This document shows positions 14,701 through 26,667 of a DNA stretch of 64,000 bases, one piece after another. The position numbers were made by a program, and so were the translations under genes. Under the pieces are notes generated by a model. It did not search any database, was not told the origin of the DNA, and worked only from the letters and a program-made list of their open reading frames with translations. Within the stretch, counting starts at the first letter, position 1; each line of letters starts with the position of its first letter. The stretch spans positions 1,426,001-1,490,000 of the forward strand of contig JBODTK010000015.1 in assembly GCA_050613775.1 (NCBI GenBank). Reading direction: 5' to 3'. This stretch comes from Neocallimastix sp. 'constans' (Eukaryota).

Positions 14701-16178
14701 CGAGAAATTTGTCAAAGGCGTAAAAATGATAATAATGAAACTTACCTTGCTTTTCAATATTTAAAAAAGGCATATGATTCTGTTCCAATAGGTAATATTA
14801 TTTTATATAAATTAGATGCTTTAGGTATTAGAGGTAAATGTTATCAATTTATAAAAAAAAACTATATTTGACTTCCAAAGCCAGTCTTAAAATTGATGAT
14901 CAATATTCGGAATCTTTTAATATTATGAAAGGAGTTAGACAAGGTTACCCACTATCACCAATTCTTTTCAATCTTTTTATTAATGACATTTTTAATGATT
15001 TTTCAATTTGCAAAATGGAGTAAATCAAACTGTATTATAAAGGATCTTATTAAATCTATTCCCAAAATGCATTATTATTCCTAGACTAAAGATTCTAGAA
15101 CACTATATAAAAAAATCAAAAAAATATAAATGTGAAAAATATGACGATATTATAGAACGTTACTGGAAATCAGTTTCCAAATTTCAAGGTATTAAAGGTC
15201 AAAATTACGATTGTAATAAGTTCTCAAACAATAAAGCTATAATTATGCTTAGTTTAAAATATCCCCAATTCAACTTAGGGTTTTCGTGGATTATTCGTTT
15301 ACGCTGTGGTTATAAATACAATACTACTATTGCTATTAGAATGGGTAGAGTTTCAGAAGATTGTCCCAAGTCTTGCCCCTGTTGTGGCGAAGATAAACAA
15401 TCTTTTGAACATTGGATTTTTAAATGCGATGCTCTTGCATCTTTTAGATGGAATTTTTTAAATTTCATCGATGATCTCTATGTTTTATTCCTTAGGAAGA
15501 TTAGAGTGTTTAATCCTCTTTCTTCCTATGACTCTATTTCTAATTTTGAAGATTATATCAATCATTATATATACTTGTTCCTTCTTGGTGGGACTTTAGT
15601 TTTAAATGAGCTACATTTCGATAGTGGGGAACAGAGACAATTAAATGAACTACTTTTCAAAGGTTCATCTGAGTCACCTGTTCCAAAAATTGTGGGCTTG
15701 GCGGAATTCTTAACAAGTGCAATACCTATCATTAGTAGTTCGTTTGAGCTATTATTTGATAGGTATTGCAAAATACCAAACTTATCCAAGAGCGTCGACG
15801 TCGTACTGATAAGGCATAATGATATTACAGGATCGTCATCTATTGCTACGAAGGATGAATCTCTCCCTAGTAGTTCAATAAATGATGAGTCCGGGGAGAG
15901 TTTAGTGGACACCACACTATCTATTTTAAAGATGCTACTTCTAGGTTTTAATTTCTTTTTTATTTGTAAGGAAGAGAAAAAATTCCCGCATAGTACAACT
16001 TTCCGAAATACATAGTATTTTTGAGCTTTTTTTTTTATTTTTTATTTTTTATTTTTTAACTTTTATTTTTATTTTTTAATTTCAAATGTTACTTTTCACC
16101 TACATGTATTTTTTTTATAATAATAAAATTAATAAAGTTATGGAAGTGTATTCTCTTCCCTGTCTAAAAAAAAAAAAA
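14697..16178 (+). mobile_element. LINE-B, 3' piece (degenerate, internally deleted RT; C-terminal domain; poly(A))
   Basis: Resumes IREICQRRK...KKAYDSVP...GVRQGYPLSPILFN, then jumps at ~15000 past the FADD region to KWSKSNCII. ORF 15245-16015 has CPKSCPCCG..HWIFKC. Poly(A) at 16166-16178. Confidence 0.88.
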
Positions 16179-17204
16179 TTCTCATGGACTAAAGAATTAA
16201 GGACTTTGGATAAGAAATTAAATGGTAAGAAAACAAGTGAAATAAAAAAAAAAAAAGTTTTATTGGGAAAGAGATGTCTTCAAACCCTCAAAAGCTAAAA
16301 AAAAAAAAAAAAAAAAAAAAAAAGGCCATTATTTATAAGGAGAATGATTTTGGATTTATTTCAGAAATCAGAAACATAACATTTCAATGTCCTAAGTATC
16401 AATTGGGATTCTTTTGGATTTCTCGAATTAGGTGGGGTTTTAAATTCGACATGAGTATTTCCATTAAAAGAAAAATCGTCTCAGAAGATTGCCCTAAATG
16501 TTGCCCTTGTTGTGGGTGTTAGTGTACCTAGCTTTTCTCACTGGATCTTTGCCTGTAAAGAATTGGAAAATTACAGAAATAAATCTTTACCTTTTCTAGA
16601 TGATCTCTTTTTGAAGTTTGCAATGATAATTGAACAAAAATCCTTGAATGTTTCTTTTGATTCAAAAAAGGATTATAATAATAATATTTATTACTTTATA
16701 TTGAGGGCTCTTCTTGGTGAGTGTTCAATATATGAAAAAAAATTAAAGTTAATGATGGGGAACAAAGACAATTAGTTGACAATATCTTTAAACAAAGTTC
16801 AACTTCGTCAATTGTTCCGTATTTTGTGGGGATTGCGGAGTTTCTAACAAACGTAATACCATTAATTTGTCGATCTTTTAGTTTGATGATGAAATGGTAT
16901 TCCATTGAATCTACCGTTGCCGAGAGCGTCGACGTCGAAATGATAAGGCATGGATTTTCACCTCCCGGTGAAAGAAAGGATACAGATTCGTTAGATAGCA
17001 CTATTACTGATATTATTACTCGCAATAATGGATGTGATGTTATCATCGAGGAATGGGAAAAGTTAGAGGCTATTGCTTCTAACGCACTTTTATAATTTTA
17101 TAATATATAATATTTTATTTCATGTATTTTATTATTTCTTATTTTTCTTTAAAATCATGTAATTTTATTATTATTATAAATTAAATAAAGTTTTCTCAAA
17201 GTCT

Positions 17205-17231
<27 letters not shown>
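16179..17231 (+). mobile_element. LINE-C, 3' fragment with poly(A)
   Basis: Frameshifted FSWTKELR...LGFFWISRIR..CPKCCPCCG..FSHWIFAC..GIAEFLTNV..SVDV..EEWEKLEA; ends AATAAAGTT..GTCT plus poly(A) at 17205-17231. Confidence 0.88.
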
Positions 17232-17235
<4 letters not shown>

Positions 17236-17294
17236 CATTAACTAACAGCACCGTTCCGAACACAGAACCTATAGTAATTAATTCAATTTTTTTT

Positions 17295-17400
17295 TTTTTG
17301 ATGATCTTTCTCTTATGGTTCAGGGGGGGGGAGAGTTTAGTGGATACCACCCACACTATCTATTTTAAAAGATATTAACTTCTTTGTTTTATTTTATTTT
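17295..17400 (+). mobile_element. Short remnant of a LINE-B-like 3' end
   Basis: ggggagagtttagtggataccacccacactatctattttaaaagat closely matches 15893-15933 of LINE-B. Confidence 0.65.
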
Positions 17401-17659
17401 AGATTTAACTGGTGATCATGCTGCCATATATAGTATATATCACACTGAAATTTTTTTTTTTTTAACTTTTTGAACTTATTTTTATTCTTTATTACATTAA
17501 ATTTTCTATGAATTTTTTATTATTATTATTTTTTTTTATTTTACTTAATCTTTTACATACATTTTATTTAATTTTTTTTATCTTTTAATTATATAATGTA
17601 TTTTTTTTCTATTAAAAGTAATAATATAATGAATTTCTAAAGAATTTTTAAACATTCCT

Positions 17660-17699
<40 letters not shown>

Positions 17700-17735
17700 C
17701 TGGAGAAATGTGCGATTGTTCAGATAAGATGTTTC

Positions 17736-17766
<31 letters not shown>

Positions 17767-18081
17767 AAAAAAAAAAACAGAGAGAAAAAAAAAAGAAAAA
17801 AATTCGAAATGTTTGTAATGTATTATTATCTCTTGATTTACTTAAAAGAAAGATATATTAAATCAACGCTTGTGTAGAGGTCATGCATGCATGCAAATAA
17901 AGAAAGTAAAAAAAAAAAAAAAAATTTTTAAATTTTTTAACCAAAACAAATTAAGATAAATTTCCATCCCAAAAAAAAGACAATTGTAAACTTTTACTGA
18001 AAAATAAGAGAGATGGTAGGGCATGAAAATCAATCAAAAAGGTTATGGCTTATAAGAAAAAAAAAAAAAAATTAAAATTTG

Positions 18082-18119
<38 letters not shown>

Positions 18120-18402
18120 TTATAAATATTAAATAATAATAATAATTTTTCTAAATATCAATATATAATTTTCTTCTTCTTCTTCTTCTTCAAAAAAAAA
18201 AAAAAAAAAAAAAACGATAAAATAGAGTGAGTTAAATTAAAGTATTTTAAAGTTTATTATACAATTTTTTTTTTTTTTTATTTCCTATTTATACAGTAAA
18301 TATTTACAGCGTAATTATAATATTTACAAAATATTATAATTTATATAGATAGTTATCTAATCTATATAAATATCTAGTAATATTAACTAGTATTAATAAT
18401 AA

Positions 18403-18462
<60 letters not shown>

Positions 18463-18895
18463 TTTTATTATTATTATTATTACTTTTATTATTATTATTA
18501 TTATTACTTTTATTATTATTATTATTTTTTTTTTCATTATTATTTTATTATTATTATTATTATTATTAGATTTAATTTTATTTATTTAAAGTAAGGTTAC
18601 TAATTTATCAAAAATTAGCTTACTTTAATAATAATTTTTTTTTTTATTATCATTCTTAATTCCTTTTATTATTATTATATTATTGTGCAACAATAATTAT
18701 TAATATTATTACATTATTATTATTTTATTAATAACAATAATAATAATAATTATTATCATTATTCCTTTATTTTTCTTTAATTAATTAATTAATTATAGTT
18801 ATTATCTATTGTAGTTACTACTTTTTTTATTTATTAACTTTAAATTTATTCAATTGATAACAACTATCATTTATTTGGAAAGTTTCATTTTAGGA

Positions 18896-21202
18896 TTATG
18901 GGGTAAACTTTATAGCATATCCACCACCATTCATAACATGAATGTTTAGTTCAGTGTTTGGTGTAACATTTTTCAGAGTTACGATTTCAAGGGCTTGACG
19001 ATTATTACCCCTTTCTCGATAGAGAGTAGCGGTATACTTCTTATTGCTATCTAGGAAGGTGGGCTTCCATTTCATATCTCTTGCCTCCACACTCACACCA
19101 GCGGCAAACCAGCGATCCCCAGTTCTTCTGGCCAGATTATAATATCGACCTACCTCGCCATTAATAAGTTTTAATCCATCCCAACGGGCTGGGAAATCTT
19201 TATAATAGTCGGATCCTTCAGTATTGCTGTAATAGACATCGGGAGCACTTCCAAGAGAATGAATACCATTTTCAAAGAGGGTAGAAAGAGCAATTTGGAA
19301 TCCCATTGTGGTGACTTCGGGATCCTTAGAACGAAGCTCTTCAGTAACATCTGTTGTACCAATGGCGCCACGAGTAAATGGAAGAATAGTATATTGATAC
19401 GCCGTAATACCACCAGCCTCTTGTCCTCTAATACCTTCTCGAGCAAGAACATTAGGATAAGTTCTAATTTCTCCTGATGGTGGATTAGAACCATGAACAT
19501 TAACGAGTAAATGGTACCTGGCCGCCTCTTTATAAATATCTTGATGAAGTTGTAAGGTACTTTGAGCCTCATTGAAGAAGAAATCAACTTTAATACCAAC
19601 AATTCCTTCCTCTGACCATTCCTTAAACCTTTTTCTTCTCTTTTCCGGTGTATCCACATCATTCTTGTGAACCCAGGCAATAAGTTGTACCCCCTTCCTT
19701 TTAGCATAATCTCTAACTTCTGGCCACCAATCAAACCAACCCGAGTAATAACTACCATCATTGTCATAACTATCTGGTTGCCATCCTTCATCTAAAATGT
19801 AGAATCTCCATCCCATGGTTGAAGCCAGATCAATCCATTTTTTATGCGTATTAGGATTCGATTGATCACTTTCACCGTACCCCCAGTGAGCAACCCATGA
19901 CCATGAGGAAACACCTGGGGCTACCCAACTAGCGAAATCATATTGTGCATTATCCGGTTCCGGACTTAGGTTTTCGACCATCGTATTTTCCATAATTTCA
20001 TCTAATCCTCCAACAACAAATGCTCTCCAAGGGGACTGGAATGGGGTTTGTGTCTTCACTGCACTTCTTTGATGATCATCGAATTTGAATCTTAATACGT
20101 GATCATAGTCAACTTCAAGATGAGATCCGACATACGTACCAACCTTAACGGCTTCAGTCACAAGGCCATATTTATCATCACCAGTTCTGAAGAGCATTGG
20201 CATTGTTGGTTTGACATTTCTTCCGATATCATTGATTGTCTTTTCTTCAAATTCTTCCTCATACATAAATTCTTCATAATTATAAGACATTTCCCATACA
20301 GTAGCATCGTCTGGAAGCTTAATACCGGTCACTTCATCGTTCGGTTCAATCGTAAGTTCTTTATGATCACCAGTAATAATAATGTAACGGAAGGCAACGC
20401 CGTCATTATAGGATCTGGCAACTATGCCGAAATCAACGTTGCTGTTCCTGCTACTGTTGAAAATTATAGTTTTTTCAACATAATGATTAACGTATTCATC
20501 CTTCTTACCACTGTAGGTTGGATATTTTTCATTGACGATTTTTACATGAACTTCCTTAAAGTTTAATCCATTGGTGAAGTCTCCAAGATTAGTTTTTATA
20601 CCAAGTGGAGAACGTTCAACTAAATCTTTATCATCCTGTTTAACTAAATAGAAGAGACTACCATTACCATTGTCTAATTCAAAAGTAATGAAGGTCTTTT
20701 GATTTGGCGAATAAACATTCCAACTGTTTTTTGTATCGGCTGGAACATTTTTTTGTGGAATTCCGGGGGTAACTGCTTTGGTAGCCGTACTAGTGTTGAC
20801 TTGGGTTACCGTCTTCCTGAGGATGGACGTTGTTCGAGTAATTGTGGTACATTTATCGTTAATACCACACCATGATCCCTGTTCAATACCCCAATCCCCA
20901 TCGTCATCTGTGTAAATCACATTACAACCTATACAACAGGGATATCCTAATTTCTCAGAAAAGCAATTTACTTTTGATTTATCATTAAGTGATGGGATGA
21001 TACCGCACCAGTCGTTATTTTCTACACCCCAATCACCATTTTCATCTTGGTATATAACATCAGTTGTAGATGAACAGCAATTATATCCAATTGATTCAAA
21101 AGTACATCCTTTTTCATTTGCTATTTGATTATCATCAAAAGCCTTTGAGATATTTAATAAAGAAGATAGTAATATTGTTAGTAAACTTAATTTATTAAGC
21201 AT
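18896..21202 (-). CDS. Secreted GH97 alpha-glycosidase with two N-terminal fungal dockerin (CBM10-like) domains; intronless
   Basis: Signal peptide; two C.....GY.CC....V.Y.D..GDWG.E...WCGI domains; Thr-rich linker; GH97 motifs RSYNDGVAFRY, PWR, PGVSSWSW, ILDEGW, GIKVDFF, VNVHG, RTYPNVLAREGIRGQE, LPFTR. Confidence 0.9.
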   Translation of the reverse strand: MLNKLSLLTILLSSLLNISKAFDDNQIANEKGCTFESIGYNCCSSTTDVIYQDENGDWGVENNDWCGIIPSLNDKSKVNCFSEKLGYPCCIGCNVIYTDDDGDWGIEQGSWCGINDKCTTITRTTSILRKTVTQVNTSTATKAVTPGIPQKNVPADTKNSWNVYSPNQKTFITFELDNGNGSLFYLVKQDDKDLVERSPLGIKTNLGDFTNGLNFKEVHVKIVNEKYPTYSGKKDEYVNHYVEKTIIFNSSRNSNVDFGIVARSYNDGVAFRYIIITGDHKELTIEPNDEVTGIKLPDDATVWEMSYNYEEFMYEEEFEEKTINDIGRNVKPTMPMLFRTGDDKYGLVTEAVKVGTYVGSHLEVDYDHVLRFKFDDHQRSAVKTQTPFQSPWRAFVVGGLDEIMENTMVENLSPEPDNAQYDFASWVAPGVSSWSWVAHWGYGESDQSNPNTHKKWIDLASTMGWRFYILDEGWQPDSYDNDGSYYSGWFDWWPEVRDYAKRKGVQLIAWVHKNDVDTPEKRRKRFKEWSEEGIVGIKVDFFFNEAQSTLQLHQDIYKEAARYHLLVNVHGSNPPSGEIRTYPNVLAREGIRGQEAGGITAYQYTILPFTRGAIGTTDVTEELRSKDPEVTTMGFQIALSTLFENGIHSLGSAPDVYYSNTEGSDYYKDFPARWDGLKLINGEVGRYYNLARRTGDRWFAAGVSVEARDMKWKPTFLDSNKKYTATLYRERGNNRQALEIVTLKNVTPNTELNIHVMNGGGYAIKFTP

Positions 21203-21460
21203 TTTTTTTTTTTTTTTAATTAATATTACTATTCTTATAATTTATTATTTTTATTAATTAAGGAAGTAAGTTAAATTGATTACAAAATTATATCTAAAAT
21301 TTTAATAAAACAAATAATTTGTAATACTTCCATTAATAAACTAATTTTATTATTAAATAAAAATTAAAATAATGATAATATTTTAAATTTTATTTTTAAT
21401 AAAATATAATTAGTTTAAAATTATTTTATCAAAAAATAAAGAAATATATAATAAAATAAA

Positions 21461-21509
<49 letters not shown>

Positions 21510-21571
21510 TATTACGCGAAAAAACAATCTATTTATAAAATTAAAATTAATATAGTAATATACGAATAAAA

Positions 21572-21612
<41 letters not shown>

Positions 21613-21834
21613 TAAAAATATAAAAGTGACAAAACATTTAATAAAATATAAAATAGTTTTAATTGATAAATAGATTATTTATTACTATTACATATAAATT
21701 AAAATTTATTTTAATGAGTATATATATATATATATAACTTTTTTTTTTTTTTTTTTAATTTTAATTGCAAAAAAAAAAAAAAAAAAAAAAAAATATGCAT
21801 ATATATATATTATATAACAATATATATATTGAAG

Positions 21835-22020
21835 TTTTTTGTTACTTGAATATTTTTAAGTAATTTTAAAAATATTAATATTATTTTTTTGTTACCTTAA
21901 TATTTTAAGTAGTTTTTGAAAATATTAATATTATTTTTTGTTTCCTTAATATTTTAAGTAGTCTTTGAAAATATTAATATTATTTTTTGTTAGCACTATG
22001 AGTAATCTTAAAAATATTAA
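21835..22020. repeat. Degenerate tandem repeat, ~58-bp unit, 3-4 copies
   Basis: Recurring ttttttgtt(a/t)ccttaatattttaagtagt.tttgaaaatattaatattat. Confidence 0.7.
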
Positions 22021-25000
22021 TAGATATACCGTTGTATATATTATGAGTTAAAAAAAAAAAAAAAAAAAAAAAAATCTTAATTATTAATAATAATTTATAT
22101 ATAGTCTATTTATATAAATTATTAATTAAATCAGTTTTAAAATTTTAAAATCAAAATATCATATTCATCCTATATTTTTAATTAATTAAATGATATAATC
22201 TTGGTTTGAGAAAGTTATTATTAAGGGATTAATTTATTAAAATTATTAAAGTATCATTAAATTATATTTATTTTAATTATATTATAATGATGACATATAT
22301 TTATTCATATATATATATATAAAATTAATAATTATACTTGATTTTAATATTCTAAAACTATCCAACAACTTTCTCACCCTTCTTTTAATTTAGAGAAAAA
22401 TATTTTATATTTATCGTTATTTAATTATTATTTACTATTTAATTAGTTGTTCTCGTGATTAAAATAAACTATATAATGAATTTTTTATGTTAAAGTATGA
22501 TAAATATTAATAAGTATTATTTATAAGGAAATATTTTAATAACTAATATAAAGATAAATATAAAATAATAAGAATATAACATTAATTTATGTTATCATTA
22601 GATTCTTATTATTTTAATTTTCTATTATTTCTTATTTTAAAAAAATATTTATAATAAATAAAGTTCAAAGTTAAATAAAAAAAAGATCACCAATATGAAG
22701 ATGAACTATCGATGACTAAATTTAAAATATTAAAAAAAAAAAAAAAAAGGAAAATAAAAGGAAAATTTAATTTAATTTAAAAAAAAAATAAAATATAAAA
22801 GCACGAATGAAAGTATGGCAGAAAAAAATGTTTTAACAATTTAAATTCAAATATAAACTATATACAAAAATAATATACAAAAAAATATACGAAATATATA
22901 CAAAAAATATACAAAAAATATACAAAAAATATACAAAAAATATACAAAATATACAAAATATACTGATATAAAACGTAAATAAAAACTTTAATTATTAATA
23001 AATTATTTTATTAATAATTACATAAAAATAAATTAATAAATCATTTGCAAATTCGTGACATAAATAAAACGTGATCGAAAATAACGTGATAAAATTAAAT
23101 TTATGTAAAGATATAAAATTATGAAAGAGCATAAAAATTAATGTAAACATAAAATTTATGTAATAATTTTATGTTATGTTAAAATTGAAATAATTTATAA
23201 ATTTTTTTAATTATTTTTATATTATTTTTATATTGATATTTTATTTTATTAATTATAATATATTTTTATTATTTTATGAATATTTTATTTTAATATTTTA
23301 TATTTTTATTTTATACCTAATATTAATACTTTTAATACTTAATAGTTATTCTAAAAGAATTAATTGATTAAATAGTTTATTATGAATTACAAATATAAAA
23401 GCCAGAATAATTCTTAATAATTATTCTTTGCACAGTTTTTATGCCAAATTTATTTTATAATTCTTTTATATTTACGAGATAATAATTAAATACATGTATT
23501 TTTATTTTATAATAATTTTTAAATCATAAATAAATAAAAATTTATAATTAAATAGAAACTTAAATAAAACTTCTCCCAACAAGAGATCTTGAACCAAGGC
23601 GTACTTTATCAATACAAAAGTTTTTTTTATATATATATATTTTTTTCTTTTATTTCTAAATAAATAAAGTTCAATCATTTATTAATTTATTTATATAAAT
23701 CAAATAGTTGTTGGATATTTATTTTTTATTTATTTTTTAGATAAGCCCAACGATTAATACTCAGTAATGAACAAAATGATTTTCTTTTTTAATGAAAAGT
23801 TTATTTAATATAAAATTTATTATAAAATTTTATTATTATTATTATTATTTAAAATTATAAATTTAACTAACACTAAAAATTAAAACAATTATTTTTTTTT
23901 TTTTGTTTACTTTTTATTTCATAAAACAGCCTTTTTTTTTATTTTATATAAAATAAAACTTTCTCTCGTTATATTTACAAAACCAAATAAATAAAAAATA
24001 AATTTATAAAACTTTTCTCTGTTTTTTTTTTTTTTCTTCTTAAGAATAAAATTTTTAATTATTTTTTTTTATATTTAAAATATTGAAATAAAAAATTTAA
24101 ATTTTTTGTTAATATATATATAATATATTTATATTTATATTTATATTTATATTTATATTTATATTTATATTTATATATTTAAATATATATATATTTATAT
24201 TTTTTAATAATTACTAAATTAGTATTAATATAAAATAAATATAATATTTATATATATATATTTTTATGTACTTTGAATTTAATTTTCTTATTTATTGGTT
24301 TATATATAAATTTTTTTTTTTTTTTTTTTTTTATTGGAAAGGTTGTTCTTTAATTAAAAAAAAAAAAGGCTAAATTAACTTAAATTTTATATTTAATATT
24401 TAATATATAGTATTTAATATTTAGTATTTGTAAATGATTATCAAATTAAAGTTTTATACTATAAAACTCTAATAATTTCATGCATTTCGTACGAAAACTT
24501 TTTTTTTTTTTTTTTTGTAATTTATGATGAAAAGAAATATTTTTTGTTCTTTTTTTTCATTTTTTTTTTTTTTTTTTTTTAAATATATTGAAAATTCAAT
24601 ATTGACTAATTTATTAATCTAAAAAAAGACATTTTTAATATAATCATTTCAAAAATGAGTAAAATTAAAAAAAAAAAAAAAAAAAAAAATTTAAAAATTT
24701 AAAAATTTAAATCTTTAATTAACAAACCTTCTTTTTAAACTTTTTTTTAACTTTTTTTTTTTTTTTTTTTTTTTGTTTTAATTAATAATATATAAAAATA
24801 TAAAAATAAGGAAGAATGAACCTTTTTTTCTCTCTCTCTCTTTTTTTTTTTAATTAAAACAATTAAAATAGTTTTATTTTTATTCTAATTAAAAATTTCA
24901 CTATTCAATAATTAATCTAAACATTTTATTTAAATTTTAATATTAATATGAAAAATTATGAAATGATATTTTTTTTTTTTTTTGTAATATAACATTATGT

Positions 25001-26214
25001 ACCTAATGTTTCCAATATATCTCATCTAAATTCTCAAAATCCAGTTTTACATTTTAACACAGAAAAGTTTTCATTTTAACCTAGTTGAAATACTAATGGA
25101 TGGAATTTTTGTGAAAAGAGATAGTATTTATTGAGTACTTCAACAACCATTTTTAAACCATTATTCCTATGTTTTTTTTTTTTTAGGAAAACAGGTAATG
25201 GTACTAATGATGTTAGATATCCATGTTAAGATAACACTTCCCCACTATAAATATTTTTAGGAAAAAGAATCGACCCAAATACGCCCAAGGTTGCAGAGGT
25301 TTTATATCTTGGGTATCATGTCTCATGTCAAGCAAGTACTTGAAGATAATTCCTATACTCATTTTTGTTTCTTTAATAACCTATAACCAATGGAATCACT
25401 CACTCTTAAGTGTTCTGTAGGTAATGTCTGTATTTCCATATAAGAAACACTCATTACAAGTCCGATAGGCTTTAACATGAGCACTAATAATTTACAAGAC
25501 AAGTTAACCAACAGTAACCTTGGTAACGGGTTTATTCTTCCGATTAATAGTTCACCTATTTCATGAGACTAGAGGTTGATGTTCATTCATCAAGTATTGA
25601 TCAATGCGTTAGTCAACTCAAGGATGCTGGATAAAATATCAAGCGCTTATTTTTGTTGACTATCCTTCTTCTATATTTGATCATAAACGGTTCGTAATTT
25701 ATTACAAGAAAACTACCATAGATGAATTATTTTTATTACTGGAAAAAAAAAATTTTTTTTTTTTATTAGGTAGAATAGGTATTAAATGTCTTGAACTGAA
25801 GAAAGAAAGAAATTTAGGATCACAATAAAGGTGATATTCTAAGCGAAGAACTGGGAAATGGAGAACTTTTAAGCAGATATGAATTTACTAAAATGGTTGA
25901 CTCGTATAATAGACAATGTGAATTAATTTATAAAAAAATGTAGTGAATTTAGGAATAGAAAAAAAAAAAAAAAAAAAAAAAAAGAATATTTTTTATATTG
26001 GATAAAAATTGGAGGTTTGTTTGCTCTTAAATGGTGATGGTAGGAAAACTTGAAAATGGGTAAAATAAAGGAACACCGATCGATTGATCGGTGTTCCTTT
26101 ATTTTATCCTTTTTGATTTGATTTTCGTTCAATTCTCAATATGAAATTAGTTCCCTTGATTGCAATATTTCATTTTTAAGGTAATCTTGATTTAGAAGAT
26201 ACCTTTTCTTTGTT

Positions 26215-26520
26215 TGCGTTAACGTCAAAAATGATAAGGCATAGATTTTTCACCTCTCGCGGTGAAAGATCTGATACCGATTCGATGGATAGCACTAATA
26301 CTAAAATTATTACTCGGACTAATGAACGTGGTGTATGTTATCATTGATGAATGGGAAAAGTTAAAGAAACTATTGTTTCTAATGCACTTTTTTTTTTTTT
26401 TATAATTTTATAATATATCCTATTTTATTTCATGTATTTTTATTTTATTTTATTTTATTTTATTTTATTTTATTTTATTTTATTTTATTTTATTTTATTT
26501 TATTTTTATTTTTATTTTTA

Positions 26521-26580
<60 letters not shown>

Positions 26581-26667
26581 TTATTTTTTTCATTTAAATC
26601 ATGTAATTTTATTGTTATTATAAATTAAATAAAGTTTATTCTCTAAGTCTAAAAAAAAAAAAAAAAA
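26215..26667 (+). mobile_element. Decayed 3' remnant of a LINE-C-like element with poly(A)
   Basis: Colinear nucleotide similarity to 16925-17230 (tgataaggcat.gattttcacct..cggtgaaaga...gatagcact...gaatgggaaaagtta...aataaagtt..aagtct-poly(A)). Confidence 0.85.

Noticed and set aside
15800..15840. CTGATAAG as a hammerhead ribozyme core
   Set aside because: It does not match CUGANGA, has no properly placed GAAA or stems, and the C is not conserved in the other copies.
15565..17046. Two similar 116-aa antisense ORFs in LINE-B and LINE-C
   Set aside because: Their similarity follows from sense-strand homology and their ends are not equivalent; an antisense gene is unsupported.
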